Shown here: one piece after another, positions 40,261 through 51,750 of the stretch | How the letters are laid out: every line of letters begins with the position of its first letter | Numbering within the stretch: the first letter of the stretch is position 1 | Assembly (NCBI RefSeq): GCF_000002075.1 | Contig: NW_004797454.1 | Span: forward strand, 997,181 to 1,061,180 | Reading direction: 5' to 3' | DNA from: Aplysia californica | Taxonomy: Eukaryota | Length of the DNA: 64,000 bases | Notes under the pieces: generated by a model | Database searches by the model: none | Told to the model about the DNA's origin: nothing | The model's input: the letters and a program-made list of their open reading frames with translations, nothing else | Made by a program: the position numbers and the translations under genes

Positions 40261-41097
40261 GTGAATACCACGCCAGTTGCATGCGCGTCCTGTACCCAGT
40301 ACTTCCACAAGTCTTGCACGAAACTAACGAGACTGCTCGCAAACGCCGCTGCGGAAGGTACCCACAGTTGGAGCTGTGAGGGTTGTGAGCGGTCGAATAA
40401 GCCCAGAGATTTCACACGGGTGGTGGGTGGCACAGCGATCGAAACATCTGCCGAGGAACCCCAAAAGTGGACCAAAAGTTCGCTCAGCATTATGCAGTGG
40501 AACGCCGATGGCATCGCAACTAAGGCAAACGAGCTTGGACTTCGCTTGAAGGAGGGTGATTTCGACATCTGCCTCATCCAGGAATCGAAACTAAAACCAA
40601 GTAAGACGACACCTAGATTTGAGGGATATTCATCAATCAGGGTGGACAGACGGAGCCAGAACGGAGGTGGAGGTCTCATATCTTATATCAAGAATACCCT
40701 GGTTTTCGAACATGTCCGAGACGCGTCCATCAGAGGAACTGAGCTTTCGATGTTTAAGGTGAGGGTCGGGAAGAGGAAATGGGTCACACTGTGCAATATC
40801 TACTGCCCCCCCGTCAGATCCCACACATCTCAACAATCTACACGTTTGGCAACCGACGAACTCCCAACCACACCCGAGTCTATCATACTAGGTGACTTTA
40901 ATGCCCACTGTCCCCTTTGGGATCCCTTTCAACCACCGGATGCAAGAGGGGAGAGTCTGCTGAACTGGACACTGGATAGCGACATGACGGTAATGAACGA
41001 CGGAAGACACACTCGTATCAACACCAGGTCGAGACATGACGACCATCCCAACCCCAATCCCTCTCCTTCTTCCCTACCATCAACCGGAGGGAAAAAA
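40261..41097 (+). CDS. LINE polyprotein third PHD-like finger and APE endonuclease portion
   Basis: In frame with 39616-40257 across a single TGA; APE motifs present. Confidence 0.8.
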
Positions 41098-41195
41098 GTA
41101 CCCCTGATGTCTCTATATGTGGGTCAACATGGAGCGGGAAGCACACCTGGTGCCCAGTAGACGGAATTGGCAGCTCTGACCATGCGCCGATTTCC

Positions 41196-44100
41196 GTGAC
41201 CCTTAACACTGAGGTCAGCCATGGATCAGTATTCAAGGGTCAAGTCACCTGGAAATCGTTCGGTGTCGACTGGAAAGCTTTCACCGACGCCGTTGAACGT
41301 GACACTGTGACTAGAATGCCGTCGAACAACCACATCCGCAACATGGTGTCTGAATTCCACACTGCCCTGATGGACGCCGGTACCCGTATTGTCGGCACTG
41401 TGAAACCAGGCAGGCACACAAAGACATGGGAAACCCCCACAGTTCGAAGAGCAATCCGGAGGCGAAATAGACTCCGGAAAGAGGTGCGAACCCGCCGCAA
41501 AGAATGGCTAGAGGCGTGCCACGTGGCGCAGGAGACGATCAACGATGCTAAGACCGACGCCTGGCGAAAACTGCTCGAGAAAACCACCAACTCACAGGAC
41601 GACACCAAGATGTGGAAAATCATAAAAAGCCTCAACGGTACCCCTGAGACAAACTCGCCAAATGAAGCAATGTCACACAATGGGCGATTGGTGACATCAA
41701 GCAAGCATAAGGCGGACATATTCGCAGACCACTACTCGAACGTCTGCAGTCTAAACATGTCGAAAGAAGACAGAGCCGAAAACTGGCAACTCAAACAGCG
41801 ACTGAAATACTTACGGAACAACCCAAGGGCAGACCAGCCCGATTTCACTATCGGGGAACTGAGGAATGCCATTGCAAAGATGAAGTCCCGCGGATCACCC
41901 GGACCAGACAACATCCCCCCGTCCTTCCTCAAAAACCTGGGTCCCAAGGCGCTGAAGAAACTGCTCTCCATCTTCAACATGTCATTTCGCTCAGCTGATG
42001 TCCCACAAGTCTGGAAAGACGCCATCATTGTCCCCCTCCTCAAGACCGCCAAACCAGCATCGGAACTAACGTCGTTTAGACCGATAAGCCTCACATCCTG
42101 TGTCATCAAAGTTATGGAGAGAATGGTATCTGAACGACTGTACGACATGGCCGAGCGGAACGGCTGGTTCTCCGAACTGCAGGCTGGATTCAGGAAGGGG
42201 AGATGTGTGGAAGACCAAATTCTGAGAATTACGCAGAAGATTTCCGATGGCTTCCAAAAGAAGGAGAAATCGGTACTCGTCCTCCTCGATTTTTCAAAGG
42301 CATACGACACGGTCTGGCGAGAACGCCTACTCCTCACCCTCCTGGACAGAGGTATCCCAGATACATACGTTTTATGGCTGAATGACTTCCTTCAAAATCG
42401 TCAAGCCAGAGTCCGATTCAATGGAATACTGAGTAATAGCAGGAAAATGAACCAAGGTCTCCCACAAGGTTCGGTCCTGGCACCCATCCTCTTCCTTTTT
42501 TATATCGACGAACTGGCGAAACTACTTCCGGACGATCTCACAATTTCACTCTACGCTGACGACGTCTCTATCCTCGCTTCATCACGCACGACACGAGACG
42601 CCGAAAGTCTGGCACAAAGAGCGGTGGACATCGTTGCTGACTGGAGCAGGCGATGGAAACTCACGCTAAACGGCTCAAAGAGCGAGACAACATTCTTCAC
42701 GCTCGCAACATCTGACTCGGAATGGAAGCCGTGCATCACGATAAATAATTCGTCAATTAGGTATGAGCCCTACGCAAGACTCCTGGGAGTCACACTCGAC
42801 CGCAGGCTCACGTTCAGGAAACAGGTTGAGACAGTAATAGCTAAGGCCACACAGAAGATGAGGATGCTCGGCGCTGTAGTGCACTCAAAATGGGGATGGA
42901 GGAAAGACGACCTACGCAAGGTCTACCTCACTCATATACAAAGTGTTCTCAACTTTGCGAGCAGCAGCTGGCAACCGTGGCTGAGCAAAACTCTGATAAA
43001 TAATCTGGAGGTGATTCAAAACAGATGTCTGCGACTGATTACCACCCAGGCCCAGTCCTCACCGATCGAGGCACTTCGAGCTGAAACGGGGGTCCCAAGC
43101 ATTCAGTCCACCATAAATGCTAACTGTCTCCGATCAAGAGAGAAGGCCCTCCGACTGAACAACGACCACCCTCGACGAATTGCGGCAACGGAACAAGTGC
43201 ACAGACGCCTAAAAGGACGCAGGGATTTCCGAAAAAGGGCCGAAGACGTCAGCAAAAAGAGCCCACATCTGTTCGACTGCGAGAGGAGGCCCATCACTTA
43301 CTTCGAAACCAGGCCCTGGGAACGTGGAATCAACCCCGACATCACTTTTCCCCACCTGTACGGCATAAGCGGAAGGAGTGACTCCAGTGGGAAGATTCAA
43401 AGCGCTGCTGTTCGTCGAGCACGACAGCTTGGCGCACAGTACAATATCTACACTGACGGCTCGGCTAGGGCAGGAACAACGGACGGCGGCGCTGGAGTCG
43501 TCATCACAACGGGGAACCCGTCCAACCCTACCGTTGTCGAGACATTGAGGGAGAAAGGCGCCATATTTACGTGCTCTTTCGAGGAAGAAAGGAGAGCCTT
43601 GGAAATGGCCATTGACTGGATTGACAAAGAGTGCGATGCATCCAACTCGGTCGCTATCTTCACCGACAGTCAATCACTATGCATGGCACTAGTGGGAACA
43701 TCACCATCCTTCGACCAATTGCGACTACGCATAAATAATGCAATACCTCAACCCACGATTCAGTGGATCCCTGGTCACCGCGATATCCTCGGCAACGATC
43801 TCGCTGACAGTAATGCCAAACTGGCAACAGCGCTGCCGGGTCCAGGCCGCCAAATTACTTATGACAGTGCGTGCGCCCAGATAAAACTAATTACAAAAGA
43901 CCCCCCTATATGCCACACGAGGACGAAGGAAGTATACAGGGCATTTTCTTTAAAACGAGAGGCTCTTATTATGTCCCGCAGTGACCAGTCAGTACTGGCA
44001 AAAATCAGGACCGGTCATTTCTCTGGGCTTCGGGCCTACAAAAATAGAATAGACAAAACATCGGACCCAATATGTCCATTGTGCAGCGAGGAGCCCCAAG

Positions 44101-44270
44101 ATTTGGAGCACTGGCTGCAGAGATGCCCCGCCACGGAGGCCCGGCGGTGGCATCTCTTCGGGGGGGGGGGGGGTTCAGGGAGGTTGGACTGCTTCACCCG
44201 CTACCCAAGGGAGGCGGTGGCCCTGGCGAATAGCACACTCTTCGGGGCTCCGAACATTTCGAACGGATAG
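41196..44270 (+). CDS. LINE polyprotein RT-RNase H-zinc knuckle portion (open for 1024 codons)
   Basis: Uninterrupted ORF with YADD and the RNase H catalytic residues. It continues the upstream APE frame across a frameshift at ~41092-41097. Confidence 0.9.
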   Translation: MTLNTEVSHGSVFKGQVTWKSFGVDWKAFTDAVERDTVTRMPSNNHIRNMVSEFHTALMDAGTRIVGTVKPGRHTKTWETPTVRRAIRRRNRLRKEVRTRRKEWLEACHVAQETINDAKTDAWRKLLEKTTNSQDDTKMWKIIKSLNGTPETNSPNEAMSHNGRLVTSSKHKADIFADHYSNVCSLNMSKEDRAENWQLKQRLKYLRNNPRADQPDFTIGELRNAIAKMKSRGSPGPDNIPPSFLKNLGPKALKKLLSIFNMSFRSADVPQVWKDAIIVPLLKTAKPASELTSFRPISLTSCVIKVMERMVSERLYDMAERNGWFSELQAGFRKGRCVEDQILRITQKISDGFQKKEKSVLVLLDFSKAYDTVWRERLLLTLLDRGIPDTYVLWLNDFLQNRQARVRFNGILSNSRKMNQGLPQGSVLAPILFLFYIDELAKLLPDDLTISLYADDVSILASSRTTRDAESLAQRAVDIVADWSRRWKLTLNGSKSETTFFTLATSDSEWKPCITINNSSIRYEPYARLLGVTLDRRLTFRKQVETVIAKATQKMRMLGAVVHSKWGWRKDDLRKVYLTHIQSVLNFASSSWQPWLSKTLINNLEVIQNRCLRLITTQAQSSPIEALRAETGVPSIQSTINANCLRSREKALRLNNDHPRRIAATEQVHRRLKGRRDFRKRAEDVSKKSPHLFDCERRPITYFETRPWERGINPDITFPHLYGISGRSDSSGKIQSAAVRRARQLGAQYNIYTDGSARAGTTDGGAGVVITTGNPSNPTVVETLREKGAIFTCSFEEERRALEMAIDWIDKECDASNSVAIFTDSQSLCMALVGTSPSFDQLRLRINNAIPQPTIQWIPGHRDILGNDLADSNAKLATALPGPGRQITYDSACAQIKLITKDPPICHTRTKEVYRAFSLKREALIMSRSDQSVLAKIRTGHFSGLRAYKNRIDKTSDPICPLCSEEPQDLEHWLQRCPATEARRWHLFGGGGGSGRLDCFTRYPREAVALANSTLFGAPNISNG

Positions 44271-45995
44271 GCTACCACACACACACACACAACAACAACA
44301 GCAACAACAAACAACAAACAACTACAACGACAACAAAAAACCCGAAACACAACTTTTATTGATGACATTGAGGACATTCATTTATCACAATTTTAAGTTC
44401 ATTGATAACCGTATACAAAATCATTTTTGGGCATTCCCGAGATACATGACACAACATCACTTCACAGCAGATAACATTTCAAACGCAAGATTCTGGTCAC
44501 AAGCAGCCTGTTTGTCTGTTTGTTTTTGTTGGGAATTTTTATAGGGTCACTGTGTCTTGTTTCCAGAACACAACCACAGTGACGACCCACTAAAACGTTG
44601 TGTCAAATTATGGACGAGGAGAAGATTAGATGAGAGAATAATATATAACTCTTCCAAACTTGCTAAGTAAAACAATAACACTATGATTATGATGAGTGAT
44701 ATAGTGTAAACCAAGATCAACGTACGAACAAAACTTGAAAATCAAACAACAAATTATGGAATAACCGAAACTTTTATTTCATTTTTGGTTTGTAAAAATG
44801 CTTTAATCCATGGTTGCATTTTTTTCTCAACACGCACACGGCTTATACGGTGTCCATGTATGTCATTTGCTAACATGTTTAATATCTCTATTATTCAATA
44901 AGAAACATTATTTGTAATATGTTTCGGTAAGAGTTTTACGCCTTTTCCAACACAATTAGGTCATAATAATATTATAAATGCCAAGGATTCGAGGTGTATG
45001 CTACAAGTAATGAACAAAATATAGAAAGAGAAAAGATGAGGAAAAAAGGAGCAAACCACACCAGAACACTCGCCAACCATCCACCATGAAGAATTTGTTT
45101 CAGAGTTGGAAAAGATGGAGGCGAGATGAACAGTTATATTCACTTTTTCTTACTCATCAATACTTAATAGATAGACCTACAACACAGGTAACGGGTGATT
45201 GGCAGGTGCACTGGTCTAATTTTCTCTTTCCTATCAAACGTATGTCGTCTATTCTCTCCTTCTTCTGTTTAGTGCTTGTTACTCTCTTGTAGCATCTCAA
45301 TCATTGGCATTTATAAGACCTCGCTGTGTGGCAAGTGTCGTAAAACGCTTACTAGATCTAAATAAAAGACCTACAACCGATAAAGCCTATCGTAATAGTC
45401 AAGGTTTTACACTTCTATTTGGAATAATTCCTCTGAATTCTCACATGGACAGACAGGAGACACTTATACATAATAAACGTAACATATTATGTAATTTAAA
45501 ACCAAAAACCAAAACCCGTTTTATTTAAACAGTGACATGAGACAAAAATAGACGCATGACGTAATGTTTGCACAATGAATGGTCTGCACTTTTTACGCCT
45601 TACCAATAAAATTGGTTGAATTGAATATAATTCTTTGNNNNNNNNNNNNNNNNNNNNNNNNNNNNNNNNNNNNNNNNNNNNNNNNNNNNNNNNNNNNNNN
45701 NNNNNNNNNNNNNNNNNNNNNNNNNNNNNNNNNNNNNNNNNNNNNNNNNNNNNNNNNNNNNNNNNNNNNNNNNNNNNNNNNNNNTCAAACATTCACATAC
45801 ACACACTCTATAAATACACGGTTTATTGTAATATAACACAGAGAAATATAAAGCACTATAGCGTTTATTTATTGAAAAGCAAATTAGAGAACATGCGTTG
45901 ACCAGCAAGGGACCCCTGTGCTCCTAGGGCCCACGGACCACTCCCTAGGGTATACGACCTATGATAATAATATACGCTAAGACGGCGCCTGGTAA

Positions 45996-46087
45996 TTAGC
46001 CCAGCTGCTTGGTTATCAAAAACAGCCGTTGATACCCAGATGGGATCCTTTCATATTTGTCCAGATATTTCAGAGTGCATTCTGGTT
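45996..46087 (-). CDS. TPMT: TPMT terminal coding exon 8
   Basis: EPECTLKYLDKYERIPSGYQRLFLITKQLG-stop. Strong polypyrimidine TAG acceptor; AATAAA downstream (~45822-45872). Total CDS 693 nt = 230 aa plus stop. Confidence 0.85.
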
Positions 46088-46531
46088 CTAAGATAAAAAA
46101 AAAAGAAACGAAAATAGTTGGTGTTAATTAAAGATAAATAAATAAATAAATTTGAAATGTTGTAGGCCCACATAATGAGGCACGTTAGAAGGTATGCCAG
46201 ACAGTGTAAAGTGTTTCGGGAAAGCAATAAATAGATCAGTATTATATTTGTGGAGTATTCTTTGTATGAGTGGCTGAACAAAGAAAAATGTGTAATGATT
46301 AAGCCCTTCTCACATTTAGATCTAACCTCCACCACTCTTCATACTTCTACTTCAGAGATGCCCCGAAATACGCTGCGAACGAAGTTGGTTTTTTTGCGAG
46401 GGGGCGGGGTGGGGGGGGGGGGGGGGGGGGGGGGTGGGGGAAGAAAATAATCATTGTGAAGAGTGCAAAAAAAAAACCAACCCCCAGTTTATTTATTTCT
46501 TCTCAATATGAAAACTTTAAATTGTTTTTAC

Positions 46532-46603
46532 CATACAACTGTTGGAGCTCTGGTTCATACATGGGGTGTGGTGGTGGTGGCCGAGGTATGCTATGAGCTG
46601 CAT
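46532..46603 (-). CDS. TPMT: TPMT coding exon 7
   Basis: DAAHSIPRPPPPHPMYEPELQQLY, equivalent to GPPF.V...E...LF. CTCAG/GTAAAA boundaries; 72 bp, phase 1-1. Confidence 0.85.
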
Positions 46604-47758
46604 CTGAGAATAGAATCATGGTACAGAAGCAATATACATTGTATTACGTAGCCTATAATATATACTATACATATTGTGTTTTGATATTTTTTTCTCCAAA
46701 ATGTGGTCCTATATCTAAGTGTGTATGTGTGTGGGGGGGGGGGGGGGGGGTCCTGTTACTTGATTAAGTCCAGTAATTTCAAATACTTTCAAATGTCAAG
46801 CGCAGTTTTTCTTTAGAGATAGAAGGCTATTATGGAACAAAATATTCAAACAAAGATGAAATGAATTATTAATATGATTCAAATTCCACTCAGATTTGAA
46901 AACAGAACTTCCGTCCATGACGCAAAATGTTAGCGCAAAGATATATTGTTGCACGGAAAGATTTATTGGAAATGCTTCTGTTCGATTTGACAGAGGCTTG
47001 GAGCATAGCGAACATATGAAAAGATTAAAAGAGGAATTAATTAAGCTTTTCTTATGTCCCCAAATATCTTTTTTAGTTAATAACAGTGGAACAACATTTG
47101 GAAATACAGAAGAAAGTCCAGACTGTGTTATTGATACAGTTTTAATTGTAGATTCAAAAAAAGAACTTCAAATTGTTCTAGATAGCATGGTGACTGAAAG
47201 TGAACTCACTGGATACTTTTAAAGTAAAGAAAACAGATTGCATTGTAACATCATGTACTTTTTAGTTGAAAAGAAAAGCAGAAAGTCCAATTTGTAATCT
47301 CAACCGCAAAGTGGAGAAAGTCTGTTTCAGATCTGCCACTTGGAGAGAGAAAAATAAACAACCCCACCTCACACACCTGATAGTGTCTTTTGGGACGAAA
47401 AAATTTGTACCATAAACATCATTTCTTTACAGCGTGGGTTTCACACTCAATAGTTCATGGGGGACAAACGCAACTAACATAATATAAGGTCACAGGCCAA
47501 AATGGATAATTGAACAATGGTAGGAACTGAAGCAGACAATGGTTAAGATGATAGCATTATATCAATGAAAGGCATTCAATTTTCTCACTTATAATGCCAA
47601 TTTATTAGAATGGACCTACTAAAATTTTCTCGAGGCCAAATTTAATAATTCGCCGGGCCAATATGGCCCGTTTAGTTGGCCTTGAGTTGGACCCCTTTGA
47701 TTTTCAGCCATATCCATATCAATATAACATAATATTTTTTTTATATCCTCCCTCTCAC

Positions 47759-47844
47759 CCTCCTTGTTGTTGACATCAAAGTCCACGACTTCCAGTAGAC
47801 AGCGACCCCCAGGTTTCAGCAAGCTTTTAATAATCTCCACATAC
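47759..47844 (-). CDS. TPMT: TPMT coding exon 6
   Basis: YVEIIKSLLKPGGRCLLEVVDFDVNNKE (methyltransferase LKPGG motif). 86 bp; GTGAGA donor. Confidence 0.95.
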
Positions 47845-48857
47845 CTGTAGCAAAATCAGATATACCGATGATCATGGAGGACTTTTCAGTAATACGATTT
47901 CAAACGGATGGACCAATGAACTTTAAGAAATAAACTCACATAGAATCTATTTTTGTGTAGTTTTCTGGTTTCTGGTATTTGATCTTTAAATTCACATGAG
48001 TTCCAGTTAGCATCACACAGACTCTCAGACTGAGGTAACCACCTGCCACCCCCCATATGTCTGTCTATCTGTCTGTCTGTCTGTCAGTCAGTCAGTCAGT
48101 CAGTCAGTCAGTCAGTCAGTCAGTCAGTCAGTCAGTCNNNNNNNNNNNNNNNNNNNNNNNNNNNNNNNNNNNNNNNNNNNNNNNNNNNNNNNNNNNNNNN
48201 NNNNNNNNNNNNNNNNNNNNNNNNNNNNNNNNNNNNNNNNNNNNNNNNNNNNNNNNNNNNNNNNNNNNNNNNNNNNNNNNNNNNNNNNNNNNNNNNNNNN
48301 NNNNNNNNNNNNNNNNNNNNNNNNNNNNNNNNNNNNNNNNNNNNNNNNNNNNNNNNNNNNNNNNNNNNNNNNNNNNNNNNNNNNNNNNNNNNNNNNNNNN
48401 NNNNNNNNNNNNNNNNNNNNNNNNNNNNNNNNNNNNNNNNNNNNNNNNNNNNNNNNNNNNNNNNNNNNNNNNNNNNNNNNNNNNNNNNNNNNNNNNNNNN
48501 NNNNNNNNNNNNNNNNNNNNNNNNNNNNNNNNNNNNNNNNNNNNNNNNNNNNNNNNNNNNNNNNNNNNNNNNNNNNNNNNNNNNNNNNNNNNNNNNNNNN
48601 NNNNNNNNNNNNNNNNNNNNNNNNNNNNNNNNNNNNNTTATTATTACCATCATCACCATATATTTGTCTTTCGCTCCCAGGATCAGGGTTTAAGCTAATG
48701 ACAATAACTTTCCACTTTTCATCTTCCTAGGCTAGCTTCTTGACCTTATTATTCTTTCTAATTTTATTTTTCATATGTCAGTTTCTGTAACTCTTCATAT
48801 CGTTGGAAAAGTTTCGTGTTCAGAGACGCGCACTATACTCATAAAAATACTACTTAC

Positions 48858-48932
48858 TTGGGCACGTCGTTTCTGTTGAGCGCCACAAGCGAGGCCCTGT
48901 CCCAAATAGCATCAAATGTACCTGCCACACTC
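48858..48932 (-). CDS. TPMT: TPMT coding exon 5
   Basis: SVAGTFDAIWDRASLVALNRNDVPK carries the TPMT FD.IWDR..LVA motif. 75 bp. Confidence 0.95.
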
Positions 48933-49389
48933 CTGGGGATATTTTTGTTTTAGTAAGAGTTTTACGGCACTTGAAACACAATTAGGTCCAATAAGTGTGA
49001 AGCGTAATAAGCATAAAAAGGAAGGAGGACAGATAAGTACGTAAGATCATGTGTGACAGGAAAGAAAGAGCAAATCACGCCAGAGCACCCGCCAGTCACC
49101 CACGTCCCTGGGGACAAAAATGGATGCTGCACTATTCGTGAACAATTCGCAACCTTAAAGTTACAAAGTTCTGTCTTAGTATCTAATATTGAGAAATTTT
49201 ACGTAAAAATATTGAGTTTCACAGCATGTTAAGCTTTTTCGACTGCATTTCTTTTAATATCTTGATAACGACTCCGAATAATCTTACGATTTTGATAGAA
49301 CATAATTTTGTTTCTGACCTCATGGTCTTAGTAACTCAAAAACGGCTCAAAATGTCAGATAGATAGAACTTTGTAATTCTAAGGTAGCG

Positions 49390-49697
49390 AATTGTTACCA
49401 AAATATGATAAAGAAGAACAAGACAGAGTCCAATCTGGTGTGAAGTGAGAAGACGACAGTGGCGACGGATTGGACAGAGTCTCAGGAAGTCAGGCAGCTG
49501 CATAGCAAGGACAATGTTGGATTGGAATCCATAGGGTACGGAATCAAGGGGAAGGCCACGTGGAATCTGGAGAAAGGTCACATAGAATGATGTACATAAA
49601 TGTGAGGAGTCATTGGATAATACTGAGAGCCTAGTCTGTGGTAAGAAAAGGTGAATCGTGTTTGTTTGTGGCTTTCACCTGATCCGATGATGATGAC

Positions 49698-49754
<57 letters not shown>

Positions 49755-49770
49755 AGTGATGATGATGATN
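49390..49770 (+). mobile_element. RTE 3' fragment with (GAT)n tract in a TPMT intron
   Basis: RRRQWRRIGQSLRK...LDWNP.G motif followed by GAT repeats. Confidence 0.7.
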
Positions 49771-49995
49771 NNNNNNNNNNNNNNNNNNNNNNNNNNNNNN
49801 NNNNNNNNNNNNNNNNNNNNNNNNNNNNNNNNNNNNNNNNNNNNNNNNNNNNNNNNNNNNNNNNNNNNNNNNNNNNNNNNNNNNNNNNNNNNNNNNNNNN
49901 NNNNNNNNNNNNNNNNNNNNNNNNNNNNNNNNNNNNNNNNNNNNNNNNNNNNNNNNNNNNNNNNGGGGGGGGGCATCTATGAGAGTAAAACTTAC

Positions 49996-50048
49996 GGACT
50001 GAAGTTCATCATGTCCCCGCAATATAGGCGAATTCGATCCTGGGCACT
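49996..50048 (-). CDS. TPMT: TPMT coding exon 4
   Basis: SAQDRIRLYCGDMMNFSP. 53 bp; TTTCAG/GTAAGT boundaries. Confidence 0.92.
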
Positions 50049-50572
50049 CTGAAAAGATTTTTGGAGGTCATTCAGAAATAACATAGTGTATAGGAAAGTT
50101 AATATGCATTTGCCAACAGGTCTTTATCTCAAAACAGTGTGTCTAAATGCTTTGAACAGTATTAAAATTAAAATTATCAAGACTAATAAGGCACCTGTAT
50201 CTAAAGAAGTTATGTAGCCGAGTTGATAGTCCAATTTTTCGGTGAATGAATTTAGTAGGTTGTTGTGTTGCTTTGGTGACTTTTGTGTGCCCTTGTCATT
50301 GAACAAATAGCAGTACAACGGAGAAACGAAGAAATATAATTCAGTCTTAACAATGCTTTAAGAATGGGTTTAGTTCTCAATGACGGTCAAAGAAAAAAAG
50401 TTCATTTGCACTAATTTGCCACTACTGTGTGGTATAAAGGAACGAGATGAAGTTGGGAAACCAGCAGAAATCAGAACTAAACACACATAATGTTCCTCTT
50501 CCTCCCCCCCCCCCTCCCAATTTACTACTTATGTTCTTGCCAACTCAAAGAACAGCTTAAAGCAGCGCTGAC

Positions 50573-50708
50573 CTCAAACAGTTGACAATTATCCCCCAAC
50601 TGAGGTATCTTCTTCGAGGTGTACTCGAGGTTCTGGTCGGAGAAGAACTGCTCTAAACTCAAGGGGACGCCATCGAGCCCAACAACTTCCACGCCTTTGT
50701 CAGCCAGC
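50573..50708 (-). CDS. TPMT: TPMT coding exon 3
   Basis: LADKGVEVVGLDGVPLSLEQFFSDQNLEY...LFE. 136 bp; AG/GT boundaries; phases fit. Confidence 0.93.
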
Positions 50709-51084
50709 CTGTCGCGTAAAAAAAAAAAGATCAATTTAATGAGACCGTGCTTTTTATACAGGTCGTAGCTGTACACATAGATCTAGTTATTTAAGCATTA
50801 AAAACATTGATACAGAAAACAAAAGTACTGGCTAATTTACCGGTGTTCGTAAGTTCGATTTATTCATGTTAGGCAATTCTATAAAAAAAAGTTTTGCTCT
50901 AAATAGCGCGTACAAAACAGCACATTTTCAGCCATGTCCCCATTTTTGTAACATGGTACACTAGTTCGCATTAGGTCTACCACTAAAAATCCCAACAATT
51001 GCGCCATATTGCAAACTACAGAAGTGTAACAGGCCAACAGAAGTTTGCAGATAGTTTTTCTCAATAGTTTTTCTCAAGTTTCCT

Positions 51085-51750
51085 TTGCCTGCTGAGATCA
51101 TGAATCAGATTAGTAAAGAGCAGAAAGCTTTTTGTATTGAACATTTCCTCACCACCAACTCACTTTGTAAGTTTCGCACAAGGTACGGAAATAATGTTAA
51201 AGTGCCCTTAAGGCCTCCTTTGATGTCAAGGGTGGAAATAGTAGATCAGTTAGGACCTGTAAAAAATCAGAATAAAAAACTCCTAGATAAAATGACCACT
51301 TCAGGTCAAACACACACCGTTCGAAATCCTTTTCAAACGTTACAAGGGTGTAGAATTCGGAAGATGAGCCCCGTGAGACGTCTTTCTGTAGACGATGTCT
51401 GCAGCAATGACTTTCCTACGTCTCAAAAGTCCGCATTCTCAAGGCAAGTCTTCATCTACGACTGTACCATTTTCCCTTTTGCGAAGCTATCAGAGGATAG
51501 CAATGTGTTCATGATTCCTCGATCGCCTTGAAAAGCGTGAACATTTCCTCTATAACATTTGGTTCCTTGGCAAAGCCCATATTTACCTTTCAGGTTATTT
51601 CAACTGCACAAAAGCTGCCTGTTTGGGCAATATCACCCCCCCCCCCCCCCATTGTCTCTAGAAACAGCTTCATACTGTAAGGTGAACAGTGTGTGTGGCT
51701 TTGAGTACTCATGATTGAGTGGATCCTTGTGTTTGGCAACCACTGAACTT
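51085..51750 (+). mobile_element. Tc1/mariner (DUF4817/DD41D-like) transposase relic in a TPMT intron
   Basis: SKEQKAFCIEHF..TNS..FRTRY..P..V..G.V..SG...VR HTH-like N-terminus, plus WFLGKAHIYLSGYFN (from WFSDEAHF.L.GYVN). Confidence 0.6.

Larger units (their letters stand above)
39690..44335 (+). mobile_element. Near-intact non-LTR retrotransposon, Ingi/I-group (PHD x3-APE-RT-RNase H-CCHC)
   Basis: APE motifs WNADG, CLIQES, GDFNAH, SDH. RT motifs PGPD, FRPISLTS, QAGFR, LDFSKAYD, GLPQGS, YADD. RNase H motifs YTDGS, FTDSQS, WIPGH..GND.AD. Zinc knuckle CPLC..EHWLQRC. (CA)n/(CAA)n tail. The 5' boundary is approximate. Confidence 0.93.

Noticed and set aside
40258-41100. Programmed readthrough or -1 frameshifting in the LINE ORF
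   Set aside because: The TGA is followed by GTG, not a typical readthrough context, and falls inside a zinc finger. The A-run is not an in-frame X XXY YYZ heptamer and splits the APE domain. Mutation or assembly error is more likely.
39933-43673. Antisense ORFs over the LINE
   Set aside because: Shadow ORFs of a GC-rich coding strand.
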